DNA of 64,000 bases, taken from the NCBI GenBank assembly GCA_025059875.1, contig JANXCT010000003.1, forward strand, positions 4,176 through 68,175. The letters run 5' to 3'. Positions 48,028 to 61,344 of the stretch are shown here, one piece after another; positions within the stretch are counted from its first letter, which is position 1, and each line of letters opens with the position of its first letter. A program made the position numbers and the translations under genes. This stretch comes from Candidatus Kapaibacterium sp. Its GTDB lineage: Bacteria > Bacteroidota > Ignavibacteria > Kapaibacteriales > HRBIN21. A model generated the notes under the pieces. That model saw only the letters and a list, made by a program, of their open reading frames with translations, had not been told where the DNA came from and made no database searches.

Positions 48028-48348
48028 CAGGATTTCTACGAACGCGTCTACGCCCTCGTCCAGCAGATCCCGCGCGGCAAAGTTACAACGTATGGGCATA
48101 TCGCCCGAGCCCTAGGAATCCGCGCTGGAGCACGATTGGTGGGCTGGGCACTCTATGCAGCCCGAGGCTCACCTGAAATCCCTTGCCATCGCGTTGTGAA
48201 TCGCCGAGGAGAGCTCTCCGGCAAGATGCATTTCGCTACCCCAACGCTCATGCGCGAGCTCCTCGAGAGCGAGGGCGTGCAGGTTGTCGGTGACCGTGTG
48301 GACCTCCGAAAGTACCTCTGGCTTCCACCATGCGCAGAGCAACTGTAA
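48016..48348 (+). CDS. MGMT-family protein (O6-alkylguanine-DNA alkyltransferase DNA-binding/active-site domain only)
   Basis: 110 aa, 'VTTYGHIARALG...PCHRVVNRRGELSG' with the PCHR active-site cysteine. Confidence 0.7.
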   Translation: MEPHQDFYERVYALVQQIPRGKVTTYGHIARALGIRAGARLVGWALYAARGSPEIPCHRVVNRRGELSGKMHFATPTLMRELLESEGVQVVGDRVDLRKYLWLPPCAEQL

Positions 48349-48391
48349 AAAGTTACCCCTGTGCCCACGGGCGGGGCGTGGGACACAGGGG
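48345..48391 (-). terminator. Rho-independent terminator for groESL (stem shared with the convergent MGMT gene)
   Basis: CCCCTGTGCCCACG...CGTGGGaCACAGGGG stem. On the minus strand it is followed by TAACTTTTTAC. Confidence 0.7.
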
Positions 48392-48451
48392 TATTAGGGG
48401 GGACGGTATGTGTGTGGAGGGAACTTGGGACAAGTTCCATAGCTATAGACG

Positions 48452-50104
<1,653 letters not shown>

Positions 50105-50404
50105 CTACTTTGCCTCTGCATTAATGATGGCGTAGATGTCGCTTTCGCGCATAATAAGGTATTCCTCGCCGTCAATGGTGACCTCGGTGCCAGCGTACTT
50201 ACCGAACAGCACTCGGTCACCAACTTTGACCTGCAGCGGTATGAGTTTTCCGTCTTCCGTTAGCTTTCCTTTCCCAACAGCAACAACTTCGCCCTGCTGC
50301 GGCTTCTCTTTTGCAGTGTCCGGGATGATGATACCACCCTTCGTTACTTCCTCCGGTGGGGCTGGCTTGACAACCACTCGGTCATACAAAGGGGTGAGCT
50401 TCAT
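50105..50404 (-). CDS. groES: Co-chaperonin GroES
   Basis: '[44 protein letters not shown]'. Confidence 0.95.
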   Translation of the reverse strand: MKLTPLYDRVVVKPAPPEEVTKGGIIIPDTAKEKPQQGEVVAVGKGKLTEDGKLIPLQVKVGDRVLFGKYAGTEVTIDGEEYLIMRESDIYAIINAEAK

Positions 50405-50462
50405 CGGCATCCTCTCTGCTTGTTGTACATCAACCACAAAGCTTATAACGATTACGGGGCTG

Positions 50463-50489
50463 GGGGGTATTGTTAGCACTCCCCTACGA
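50463..50489 (-). promoter_or_regulatory. CIRCE operator (HrcA binding site) upstream of groES
   Basis: TTAGCACTC-N9-GAGTGCTAA is a perfect match to the CIRCE consensus. A TAATTTTG -7 box lies just upstream on the minus strand (50507-50500). Confidence 0.9.
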
Positions 50490-50601
50490 GGAGTGCTAAT
50501 CGCCGGCCGCAAAATTACGAAGTAGAGCCAGATTCACGGAGCACAAGTTCGGCAACTACCTGAACTCTTTGCTGGAATCCTGCCCTCTATCTGACTCCGA
50601 A

Positions 50602-51035
50602 TCAATCCTCAGAAATCTGCCTCCGGGCCCGCGCCAACTGAGCGGTTCGGAAGTTGATCTCGGCTTCCCGAAGCTCTTGGCGGGCCCGCCGGAGTTCGTC
50701 CCGCGTCTGGGCTGCATTGAGCTGGGCTCGTGCTGACTGGAGCCGCTGAGCCGCCTGCTGGAGATCTATCTCCTCCCCTGCAACGATGCTCTCTACGAGT
50801 ACTGCAACGTGGTTGTGGAGGACTTCGACGAACCCACTACCGATAGCGTAGTAGACCGGCGTCAGATCAGGCAGCAGGATTTTGAGCACCCCTGGCTCCA
50901 GAGTCGAAAGAATGGGAGCATGCTGGTAGAGCACTTGGAATGGAGCCACCGTCCCCGGGAGAGTCACAGCAACCGCCTTGCCCTGGAAGACCGTCCCTCG
51001 AGGAGTGATGATATCGACGTCGAGAGCCCTGTCCA

Positions 51036-51036
<1 letters not shown>
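50602..51036 (-). CDS. atpC: F0F1 ATP synthase subunit epsilon
   Basis: 'LDVDIITPRGTVFQGKAVAVTLPGTVAPFQVLYQHAPILSTL'. Confidence 0.9.
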
Positions 51037-52496
<1,460 letters not shown>

Positions 52497-52526
52497 TCAA
52501 GTCCCGCAAAACTAAGCAAATCCCCT

Positions 52527-53261
52527 TCAGCGCTCTACTGAGAGCTTCTTCAGCTGGGAGATGTGCCAAGTGATGTTGATCTCCTTCGGACAAGCCTCCA
52601 CGCAGTTGAAGATTGTGTGACAGCGCCAGACGCCGTTCTCTGTACCGACAACAGCTAAGCGCTCTTCTGTTGCACCGTCACGCGGGTCAAAGATGAAGCG
52701 GTATGCCTTCAGCATAGCTGCTGGAGCCAAGTAATCAGGATGTGACCACAGAGATGGACACGATGCGGAGCAGCATCCGCAGAGAATGCACTTCGTAGAT
52801 TCCATGATCCGCTCCATCTGCTCCGGAAAGACACGGTACTCTCGCCCATCCTCTGGAGGCTCTTCCTTCGGAATCAGGTAAGGCTTGACGGCCTCGTACT
52901 TGCGGAAGAAGGGCTCCATATCAACCACGAGGTCCTTGATGATCGGGAAGAACGGCAGCGGCTCGATCGTGATCGGTCGGCGGAGGTCCAAGTCTTTGAG
53001 CAGTACGGTACAGGCAAGCGCGTTCTTGCCGTTGATCTTCATCGCATCAGAGCCACACATCCCATGAGCACACGAGCGACGGAAGGTCAGCGTACCATCC
53101 TGCTCCTCTTTGATACGGTGGAGAATGTCCAGGACACGGTCGGTCGGATGGGTATCTTCGACGGTAAAGAGCTGGTAGTGCGGACGAGCGTCCGTCTCAG
53201 GGTTATACCGCAGGATCTTTACCTGGAGCCGCATGGGTCTACTTGGCATCTCTCTAAGCAC
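52527..53261 (-). CDS. sdhB: Succinate dehydrogenase/fumarate reductase iron-sulfur subunit
   Basis: 'CAHGMCGSDAMKING' (2Fe-2S) and 'CILCGCCSASCP...CHTIFNCVEACPK' (4Fe-4S/3Fe-4S) Cys clusters. Confidence 0.9.
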   Translation of the reverse strand: MLREMPSRPMRLQVKILRYNPETDARPHYQLFTVEDTHPTDRVLDILHRIKEEQDGTLTFRRSCAHGMCGSDAMKINGKNALACTVLLKDLDLRRPITIEPLPFFPIIKDLVVDMEPFFRKYEAVKPYLIPKEEPPEDGREYRVFPEQMERIMESTKCILCGCCSASCPSLWSHPDYLAPAAMLKAYRFIFDPRDGATEERLAVVGTENGVWRCHTIFNCVEACPKEINITWHISQLKKLSVER

Positions 53262-53381
53262 CTGCGCACAAACTTACGACCTCACCTGAGTTTCCCTTCA
53301 TTGACCTTCGTCATCCCTCCAGTGGGACATCGCAGTCATACGTCTACCTGAGCTTAGCTACCGAGCACATACTACGAGGAT

Positions 53382-54587
53382 ATGGCTACAGGCTCAGTCA
53401 TCCTCATTGGCCCGGCACATCCCCTACGCGGCGGAGGGATTGCAACGTACACAGAAACCTTAGCGGCAACGTATCGGCGCTTAGGACGGCGAGCTGCTAT
53501 CGTCACATTCCGCTACCAGTACCCGCAGTGGCTCTTCCCGGGCAAGACGCAGCTCAGTTCTGAGCCGCCACCTACGGGATTGGAGATCTACCCCATCCTC
53601 CACTCACTCTGGCCAGTCAACTGGCTCAAAACCGCTCGGCAAATAGCCGAATGGAATCCCGAGGTACTCCTCGTTAACGTTTGGCTCCCCTTCTTTGCCC
53701 CATGCTTAGGCACGATCGTACGCGCTGTACGCCGACGGCGACCAACGATCGTTTCGGTTGGCATCATTCACAACGTAACACCCCATGAGCATTTCCCGGC
53801 TGCAGATGCCTTAACTCGCTATGTCCTGCGGCCACTTGACGCCTTCTTGCTCCTTTCCGAAGCCGTGGCCCGCGAGCTCCAGCGCTTTGATGCCTCCAAG
53901 CCGCGGCGCGTGTCGCTTCATCCGCCATTTGAGTATGGCGAGCTGGTTTCGCAAGAAGAAGCACGCCAGCGGTTGGGCCTACCACTGAACGCTCCAGTCG
54001 TGCTCTTCTTCGGCTTGGTCCGCCTGTACAAGGGAGTTGATCTTCTCTTGGAAGCCCTGCCGCGAATACCCCTGCCTGCTTACACCGTCATTGCCGGCGA
54101 GTGGTACATAGATCCGGCTCCATTCCTGCGCCGTGCCCGTGAACTTGGGGTGAGCGAGCGACTCGTCGTCCTCAACCGCTTCATCCGGCGTGAAGAAGCG
54201 CCTCTCCTCTTCAGTGCAGCCGATATCGTCGTGCAACCATATCGCAGTGCGACTCAGAGCGGAGTTACTCCCTTGGCACTCCGCTACCAACGTCCTGTTG
54301 TGGTTACCAACGTCGGTGGGCTTGCCGAGTACGTTGAGCCTGGGAAGACTGGCTACGTTGTCCCGCCTACTCCGGAGGCTATTGCGGCAGCTCTCACAGA
54401 CTTCTTCGTACACCGTCGAGGAGTGTCGTTTGCCCCCTTTCTCCAAGCTGCCGCTCAGCGGTGGAGTTGGGACAACGTCGTCACGACCTTAGACGAACTT
54501 GTCGAAGGAGTGCTCCAGCAGCGCCAGCAACAGAACCGCACGCAGACACGCCCCGGAAAGGAAGCCCTACGCCAAGGCCTCCCGTAA
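53382..54587 (+). CDS. Glycosyltransferase family 4
   Basis: GT-B fold with an 'EX7E'-type C-terminal domain ('FGLVRLYKGVDLLLEA', 'PLALRYQRPVVVTNVGGLAEYV'). Confidence 0.75.
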   Translation: MATGSVILIGPAHPLRGGGIATYTETLAATYRRLGRRAAIVTFRYQYPQWLFPGKTQLSSEPPPTGLEIYPILHSLWPVNWLKTARQIAEWNPEVLLVNVWLPFFAPCLGTIVRAVRRRRPTIVSVGIIHNVTPHEHFPAADALTRYVLRPLDAFLLLSEAVARELQRFDASKPRRVSLHPPFEYGELVSQEEARQRLGLPLNAPVVLFFGLVRLYKGVDLLLEALPRIPLPAYTVIAGEWYIDPAPFLRRARELGVSERLVVLNRFIRREEAPLLFSAADIVVQPYRSATQSGVTPLALRYQRPVVVTNVGGLAEYVEPGKTGYVVPPTPEAIAAALTDFFVHRRGVSFAPFLQAAAQRWSWDNVVTTLDELVEGVLQQRQQQNRTQTRPGKEALRQGLP

Positions 54588-55580
54588 GCGTGCCGAGGCG
54601 TAGTCCAATATCCAGACTACGGCAGCAATCACCAGCACAATTAGGCCAACCTCATGCCAGCGAGCTAGCCCCTGGTACTGCATCAGAAGCGTTCCAATAC
54701 CGCCACCCCCCACCAAGCCGATTACCGTTGCCATCCGGACGTTCGTATCCCAGCGGTAGATCGTGAACGCCAAGAAGGGCAGCACCACCTGCGGCACGAT
54801 CCCGAACCAGACGACCTGGATCGGATGCGCCCCTGTCGACTCCACTGCCTCAATGAGTCCAGGGTCGACGGATTCCACCTGCTCCGAGTACAGCTTCGCT
54901 AACGCGGCCACTGTATGTACCGTCATCGCCAACATCCCAGCAAAAGGGCCAATCCCAACCCAGACGGAGAAGATGACAGCCCAGATGAGTGGCTCAACCG
55001 AGCGTGTGAAGTTGATGAGCACCCGAAGGACCGCGTAGAGCGCAAACGTCAAAGGATGGCGTCGCATTACGTTCCGCGCTGCAAGGAATCCAAGGAGCAA
55101 TGCTGGCGCTAAGCCGGCCAAGGTGGCCATCAGCGCAATGTAGATGGTCTGCACCATCGCCGCGAGAGCTTTATCCAAGATGGAGAACTCGGGGGTCAAC
55201 AGCGCCCGGAAGAGACGGCCCGCGCTCTCCAAGCCCTGTGGCGAGAAGAGCTCCAGCGGCGAGATCTTCGTCACCACCCAGCCTGCCCAAACCGTCAGTA
55301 CTAACAGCGACAGTCCCCAGTGAAGAGCTCCAGCTTGCTGCCACGGACGGAGCCCATGCCCGCCAGCACTAATCCATGCGCCAAGCGTGCAATGGCATCC
55401 TAGTCCAATCGCCACCGTCAAAGCTCCGCCTCCCACGTACGCTGCCAACTCGACGGCAGAGATGACCTCTGAACCGCTCCCCACCACCATGTGCTGCCAC
55501 ACAACCCGATGGAGAACAACGGCCGCGTACGTGCCCAACAGGAAGTCCACCACGATACCCTGCCAACGGCGGTGCGTCAT
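54567..55580 (-). CDS. phnE: Phosphonate ABC transporter permease
   Basis: PhnE-type BPD permease. The start was taken at 'MTHRRWQ', overlapping the phnC stop. Confidence 0.8.
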   Translation of the reverse strand: MTHRRWQGIVVDFLLGTYAAVVLHRVVWQHMVVGSGSEVISAVELAAYVGGGALTVAIGLGCHCTLGAWISAGGHGLRPWQQAGALHWGLSLLVLTVWAGWVVTKISPLELFSPQGLESAGRLFRALLTPEFSILDKALAAMVQTIYIALMATLAGLAPALLLGFLAARNVMRRHPLTFALYAVLRVLINFTRSVEPLIWAVIFSVWVGIGPFAGMLAMTVHTVAALAKLYSEQVESVDPGLIEAVESTGAHPIQVVWFGIVPQVVLPFLAFTIYRWDTNVRMATVIGLVGGGGIGTLLMQYQGLARWHEVGLIVLVIAAVVWILDYASARLREALA

Positions 55581-56341
55581 CGGATCTCCACCTCCTGTGC
55601 TTCCTCGCCGTAGATGTGGCGGAACCACTCGTCGGTGATTTCCGTTGGAGCCCCCTCGAACACTATGCGCCCTGCGCGGAGCGCGACGACACGGTGAGCA
55701 TAGCGCCGCACGAGGCTCAAGAAATGGAGGCTGCAGACGACTGTGACGCCAAAGCGCTGGTTGACCTCCTCCAAGTACCGCATGACAGAGTGAGACGTTG
55801 CCGGATCCAGACTAGCCACAGGCTCATCCGCCAAAAGGGCCTGAGGACGCTGCATGAGGGCTCGGGCAATTGCCACCCGTTGTTTCTGTCCACCGGAGAG
55901 CATCCGGACACGGTCGTAGGCCTTGTCAGCAAGTCCGACCACTTCCAAGTTGTGCAGTGCCTCTTCGATGAGCTCTTGCGAGAAACTCCCCACGAGCGAA
56001 CGCCAGACGCTGACACGCCCCAGAGCACCTACGAGCACGTTCTCCAAAACCGTCCGACGCTCAACGACGTTGAATTGCTGGAAGATCATCCCAATCCGCT
56101 GACGGAAGCGGCGTAGTTCCCGTCCCTGGAGATGGGTCACGTCCTGCCCATCGAAAAGGACTCGCCCTGTCGTTGGCTCGGTGAGCCGATTGATACAGCG
56201 CAGCAGTGTAGACTTCCCAGAGCCACTCAGCCCAATGACAGCCAGGAACTCCCCCCGCTGCACTTGCAACGAGACACCATCCAACGCCTTAACACCATTT
56301 GGGAAGACCTTGCTGACGTCGTGGAGCTCAATGAGTGCCAT
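55577..56341 (-). CDS. phnC: Phosphonate ABC transporter ATP-binding protein
   Basis: 'GLSGSGKSTLLRCINRL', 'LSGGQKQRVAIARAL'. Confidence 0.85.
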   Translation of the reverse strand: MALIELHDVSKVFPNGVKALDGVSLQVQRGEFLAVIGLSGSGKSTLLRCINRLTEPTTGRVLFDGQDVTHLQGRELRRFRQRIGMIFQQFNVVERRTVLENVLVGALGRVSVWRSLVGSFSQELIEEALHNLEVVGLADKAYDRVRMLSGGQKQRVAIARALMQRPQALLADEPVASLDPATSHSVMRYLEEVNQRFGVTVVCSLHFLSLVRRYAHRVVALRAGRIVFEGAPTEITDEWFRHIYGEEAQEVEIR

Positions 56342-57309
56342 CAGCGCAGCAACCTCTCTACATCGCCAACATATCGGCGCAGGAGTTGCCGAAGTCCGTC
56401 GTAGTCTTGGTCCCGCACGGGTGCGAACCCCTCCACGCTGTAAATCTCAAAGAGAGCCCGCCGACCTTCCGGCGTAGACTGGAATGCCAAAAGACCGCGC
56501 ACGAGCCGCTCCACAACAGGCTCGGGCAAATCTGCCCGCACGACGATGGGGTCATTCGGAATGGAATCCGTCAGTGCGATGATCCGCACCTTCTCCACAA
56601 CATCTGGGAACTGCTTTAGGACGCGAGCTCGAGCATCACGGATTTCCCCCGTAACGGGGTCTGGCGGCGAGTAGTACGTTGCTCCGGCATCCACCTGGCG
56701 CTGGTAGACCATCGTCACCACGTTGTCGTGGCGCATCGCGAAGACCTCTTCCGCAGGACGGACACCTGCCTGTTCCAGGAGTGCTTTGGGCAAGATGTAG
56801 CCAGAGGTAGAGGCCGGGTCAACGTAGGCGATGCGCTTTCCGGAGAGCTGCTCCAGTTCTCGGATGCCGGTATTCGTGTGGGTGATGATCTGGCCACGGT
56901 AGCTCAGCTCCCCATGTCGCCGGACGACTCGGAGTACAGCCCGGACCCCATACCGTTCGCGGGCCAATAGGTAGCTGAAGGCATTCATCGCAGCGATATC
57001 AGCCTTCCCTGCTCCGAAGGCTTCTACGACGGCTATGTAGCTCGTCGGTACCGAAGCCTCGACGTGATAGCCCGTAGCTTGCCGGAGGAATCTCACAAGC
57101 GCCTCGGCGCTCTCTGTCACCTTCTGGGCGTCCACAGCCGGCACCAGCAATAGCCGTATAGGTCGTCCCGGTGTACCCAGGGCCTGGGAGACAAACAACG
57201 GCTGAAGCGAGAGCTTCGCAACACCGGCCAGCAACAGAATGCCATAGCCTAACAATAGGCGCAGTAGCCGCCGTCTGTGTTGCCCGAATTCCATAGGTTT
57301 GCGCGTCAA
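56341..57309 (-). CDS. phnD: Phosphonate ABC transporter substrate-binding protein
   Basis: PhnD/SsuA-fold SBP adjacent to phnCE. Confidence 0.8.
   Translation of the reverse strand: MTRKPMEFGQHRRRLLRLLLGYGILLLAGVAKLSLQPLFVSQALGTPGRPIRLLLVPAVDAQKVTESAEALVRFLRQATGYHVEASVPTSYIAVVEAFGAGKADIAAMNAFSYLLARERYGVRAVLRVVRRHGELSYRGQIITHTNTGIRELEQLSGKRIAYVDPASTSGYILPKALLEQAGVRPAEEVFAMRHDNVVTMVYQRQVDAGATYYSPPDPVTGEIRDARARVLKQFPDVVEKVRIIALTDSIPNDPIVVRADLPEPVVERLVRGLLAFQSTPEGRRALFEIYSVEGFAPVRDQDYDGLRQLLRRYVGDVERLLR
57294..57301 (+). promoter_or_regulatory. -7 box TAGGTTTG upstream of the Q-rich lipoprotein gene
   Basis: Matches TAnnTTTG, 42 nt upstream of the ATG at 57343. It lies inside the phnD start region on the opposite strand. 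Confidence 0.35.
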
Positions 57310-57342
57310 AAGAGGGCCTGTGTCACGCCAAATTACAACGCC

Positions 57343-57777
57343 ATGTACCTACCTGTGCTGTTAGCTCTTCTGCTGCTCCTATCGTGTGCTCCGAGCCGTC
57401 AGCCCGAACCAGCAGCCGAGCCGCAAGAGCTCCGACTGGATACAGCTCCTAAACCAGTCGCGGATACAGCTGCTGCGCAGCCGGCTGCAGTTCCTCAGCA
57501 GAGTGCCGACACAGCGAAGCAGACGGCAACTCCACAGAAGACCGAGCAGAAAGCCCAGCAGCAAAAAGCCCAGCAACAGCAGCCTCGTCGGCTACCGCCA
57601 GCTCCGCAGACGGTAACGCCTCCTGAGGAAGGGATCCAGATCCGCACAGAGAAGAAGCCACGCGACGGCGCCACTCAGCAACAAGCCCCCCAGCAGCAAG
57701 CTCCTCAACAGCAGCAGAGTGGTGCCGAAGAGGGCGGCCTGCAGATTCGAACTGAGAAGAAGCCGCGTAATCCGTAA
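57343..57777 (+). CDS. Low-complexity Q/A/P-rich lipoprotein with a duplicated 'EEG(I/L)QIRTEKKPR' motif
   Basis: Lipobox 'LLLLSC'. The 15-aa motif occurs twice, at the middle and the C-terminus. Confidence 0.5.
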   Translation: MYLPVLLALLLLLSCAPSRQPEPAAEPQELRLDTAPKPVADTAAAQPAAVPQQSADTAKQTATPQKTEQKAQQQKAQQQQPRRLPPAPQTVTPPEEGIQIRTEKKPRDGATQQQAPQQQAPQQQQSGAEEGGLQIRTEKKPRNP

Positions 57778-57811
57778 AGCTGCTCCTGAGGACGAGAGTG
57801 TAGAGGCCGCC

Positions 57812-59071
57812 ATGAACCTGCACGAGTTCCAAGCGAAGGAGCTCCTACAACGATACGGCGTCCCAATTCCATTGGGACGGGTCGTCCGGACTGCTGAAGA
57901 GGCTGGGGCCGTCACTTATCGAGACTTCGTGCTGCGGAACATCAATGCCATCGTTGTGAAGGCACAGATCCACGCTGGTGGGCGCGGGAAAGGTCAGTTC
58001 GTCCATGCCGAGACCGGCGAACCCCTCACTTGGAACGGGGAACCGCTGCGGGGCGTGGTGCTCCTACGGGAGGGCAACATCGCCGACAAAGCCTACCGGG
58101 TAGGCCTGTTGATGCTGGGGAATCGGCTAGTCACGGCACAAACAGGTCCCGCAGGACGCCGTGTGCGTTATCTGCTCCTCGAAGAGGCACTCCCGATTGC
58201 TCAGGAGCTCTACGTGAGCATCACATTGGACCGCAGCCGTCGCCGGCCCCTGCTTATGGTCTCTGGCGAGGGAGGTGTGGAGATCGAAACGATTGCAGCC
58301 GAACGTCCTTCGGCATTGCTACGCGAGCACATTCACCCCTTCTTAGGCCTCCAAGCCTTCCAAGCACGCCGTATTGCCTTCTGGATCAGACTGGAAGGCG
58401 AGTTGATCCCTACCTTCACGGAGCTGCTCCAGAGGCTTGCCCATGCTTACGACGAGCTTGAGTGTAGTCTGCTGGAGTTGAACCCGCTGGTCCGTACCCA
58501 GGACGGACGCTTCATCGCCCTGGATGCCAAAGTGAGCTTGGATGACAACGCCCTCTTCCGCCATCCGGACCTAGCCGCATTAAGGGACACCGAGGAAGAA
58601 GACCCGCGGGAGGTGGAAGCCTCTCAATACCACCTCAGCTACGTCAAACTCGATGGGAACGTTGGCTGCATGGTCAATGGAGCTGGTCTGGCAATGGCAA
58701 CGATGGACATGATCCAACTCGCGGGAGGCCGACCAGCGAACTTCCTGGACGTGGGGGGTGCAGCTAACGTAGAGCGGATTGCCCATGCTTTCCGGATTAT
58801 GCTCTCCGATCCCGACGTCCGGGTAGCCTTGGTCAACATCTTCGGGGGAATCGTGCGCTGTGACCGCGTCGCTCAGGGAATCGTTCAGGCACTCCAGCAG
58901 ATAGAACCGACCGTTCCGATTGTCGTCCGGCTGGAAGGGACGAATGCCGAAGAGGCAGCCCAAATCCTCCACGCTTCGGGGTTGCGGTTCCGCGTCGCTC
59001 GGAGCTTGGAGGAAGCTACAGCCCAGGTTCGGGAAGCTCTCCAAGAGGCCGGTGCACAGGCAGTAGTGTAG
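57812..59071 (+). CDS. sucC: Succinate--CoA ligase (ADP-forming) subunit beta
   Basis: 'MNLHEFQAKELLQRYGVPIP' ATP-grasp N-terminus and 'GNVGCMVNGAGLAMATMD' CoA-ligase C-terminus. Confidence 0.9.
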   Translation: MNLHEFQAKELLQRYGVPIPLGRVVRTAEEAGAVTYRDFVLRNINAIVVKAQIHAGGRGKGQFVHAETGEPLTWNGEPLRGVVLLREGNIADKAYRVGLLMLGNRLVTAQTGPAGRRVRYLLLEEALPIAQELYVSITLDRSRRRPLLMVSGEGGVEIETIAAERPSALLREHIHPFLGLQAFQARRIAFWIRLEGELIPTFTELLQRLAHAYDELECSLLELNPLVRTQDGRFIALDAKVSLDDNALFRHPDLAALRDTEEEDPREVEASQYHLSYVKLDGNVGCMVNGAGLAMATMDMIQLAGGRPANFLDVGGAANVERIAHAFRIMLSDPDVRVALVNIFGGIVRCDRVAQGIVQALQQIEPTVPIVVRLEGTNAEEAAQILHASGLRFRVARSLEEATAQVREALQEAGAQAVV

Positions 59072-60082
<1,011 letters not shown>

Positions 60083-60094
60083 GCAGCCACCTCA

Positions 60095-61297
60095 ATGATA
60101 CTCCGCCTGCACGAGCTGCCGATTGCTGGACGCCGTGCCTTGGTACGCGTCGACTTCAACGTCCCGCTCTCCGAGGACGGGGCTATCGTCGACGACACCC
60201 GCATTCGAGAGGCGCTACCAACACTCCAAGAGCTTCGCTCAGCCGGAGCGATACCAATCCTCCTCTCCCACCTCGGACGCCCGAAGGGTAAGCCCATGCC
60301 GCATCTGTCGTTAGCTCCTGTTGCCCGCCACCTGGCAACACTGCTGGATTGCACTGTACACTTTGCTCCCGACTGCATCGGCGAGCCTGCCCAGCGAAGC
60401 ATTGCCGACGCCCGCCCAGGGGATGTCGTCGTCTTAGAGAACCTCCGCTTCCACCCAGGCGAGGAGTCCAACGACGAAGCCTTTGCCGCGCAGTTGGTTC
60501 ACGGGACTGAAGTCTACGTCAACGACGCCTTCGGGACCATTCACCGAGCACACGCAAGCGTTGTAGCGCTTCCGCGTCGGATGCGGTGGAAAGGCATGGG
60601 GTTGCTAATGGAGCGCGAAATCACGGCGCTCCGACGACTCCGAGACACTGCCGAACGCCCGTACGTCGCCATCCTGGGTGGGGCGAAGGTATCTGACAAG
60701 CTGGATGTGCTGCAGGCCCTGCTCCAGCGCTGCGACGTGCTCTTGCTCGGCGGCGGCATGGCCTTCACGTTCTTGGCAGCCCGTGGAGTCCAAATCGGCA
60801 ACTCCCTCGTAGAGCCTGACCTCATCCCCACAGCTCACCAACTCCTCCAGCAGGCCGATGCTCTCGGCAAGCAGATCCTACTTCCCGTCGATGTCTACTG
60901 CGCTCCGGAACTGCGCAATGGGGCTCCCGTGCAGCTCGCCTTGCTCTCGGAGGGAGGCATTCCCGAAGGCTGGAGAGGAGCCGATATCGGGCCACAGACA
61001 GTAGCGCTCTTCGCACGCCAACTGGAGTCTGCTCGCACCATCTTCTGGAATGGCCCGCTTGGCGTCTACGAAATCCCTGCATTCCGCGCTGGGACCCTTG
61101 AACTAGCCCGCGCTATTGCTGAAGCCACCCGCCGGGGGGCTTTCAGCCTGGTCGGTGGCGGCGATTCCGTTGCAGCGCTACGGCAGTTAGGGATGGAGAG
61201 TGCTGTAAGCCACCTCTCTACTGGTGGTGGCGCATCGCTGGAATTCTTGGCGGGACGCACTCTACCTGGCCTAGAGGCCTTGGAGGGGCAATCTTAG
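60095..61297 (+). CDS. pgk: Phosphoglycerate kinase
   Basis: 'RVDFNVPL' N-terminus and 'GGGASLEFL' C-terminus. Confidence 0.95.
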   Translation: MILRLHELPIAGRRALVRVDFNVPLSEDGAIVDDTRIREALPTLQELRSAGAIPILLSHLGRPKGKPMPHLSLAPVARHLATLLDCTVHFAPDCIGEPAQRSIADARPGDVVVLENLRFHPGEESNDEAFAAQLVHGTEVYVNDAFGTIHRAHASVVALPRRMRWKGMGLLMEREITALRRLRDTAERPYVAILGGAKVSDKLDVLQALLQRCDVLLLGGGMAFTFLAARGVQIGNSLVEPDLIPTAHQLLQQADALGKQILLPVDVYCAPELRNGAPVQLALLSEGGIPEGWRGADIGPQTVALFARQLESARTIFWNGPLGVYEIPAFRAGTLELARAIAEATRRGAFSLVGGGDSVAALRQLGMESAVSHLSTGGGASLEFLAGRTLPGLEALEGQS

Positions 61298-61344
61298 CCG
61301 ATGGGCTACGTCTTACAGCGCCAGGTACGGAAGTACCCCAGGCG

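Noticed and set aside
57736-57752. tRNA-like T-arm sequence 'GATTCGAACTG'
   Set aside because: It lies inside the coding sequence of the Q-rich lipoprotein (it encodes 'LQIRTEK'). There is no acceptor or anticodon stem context.
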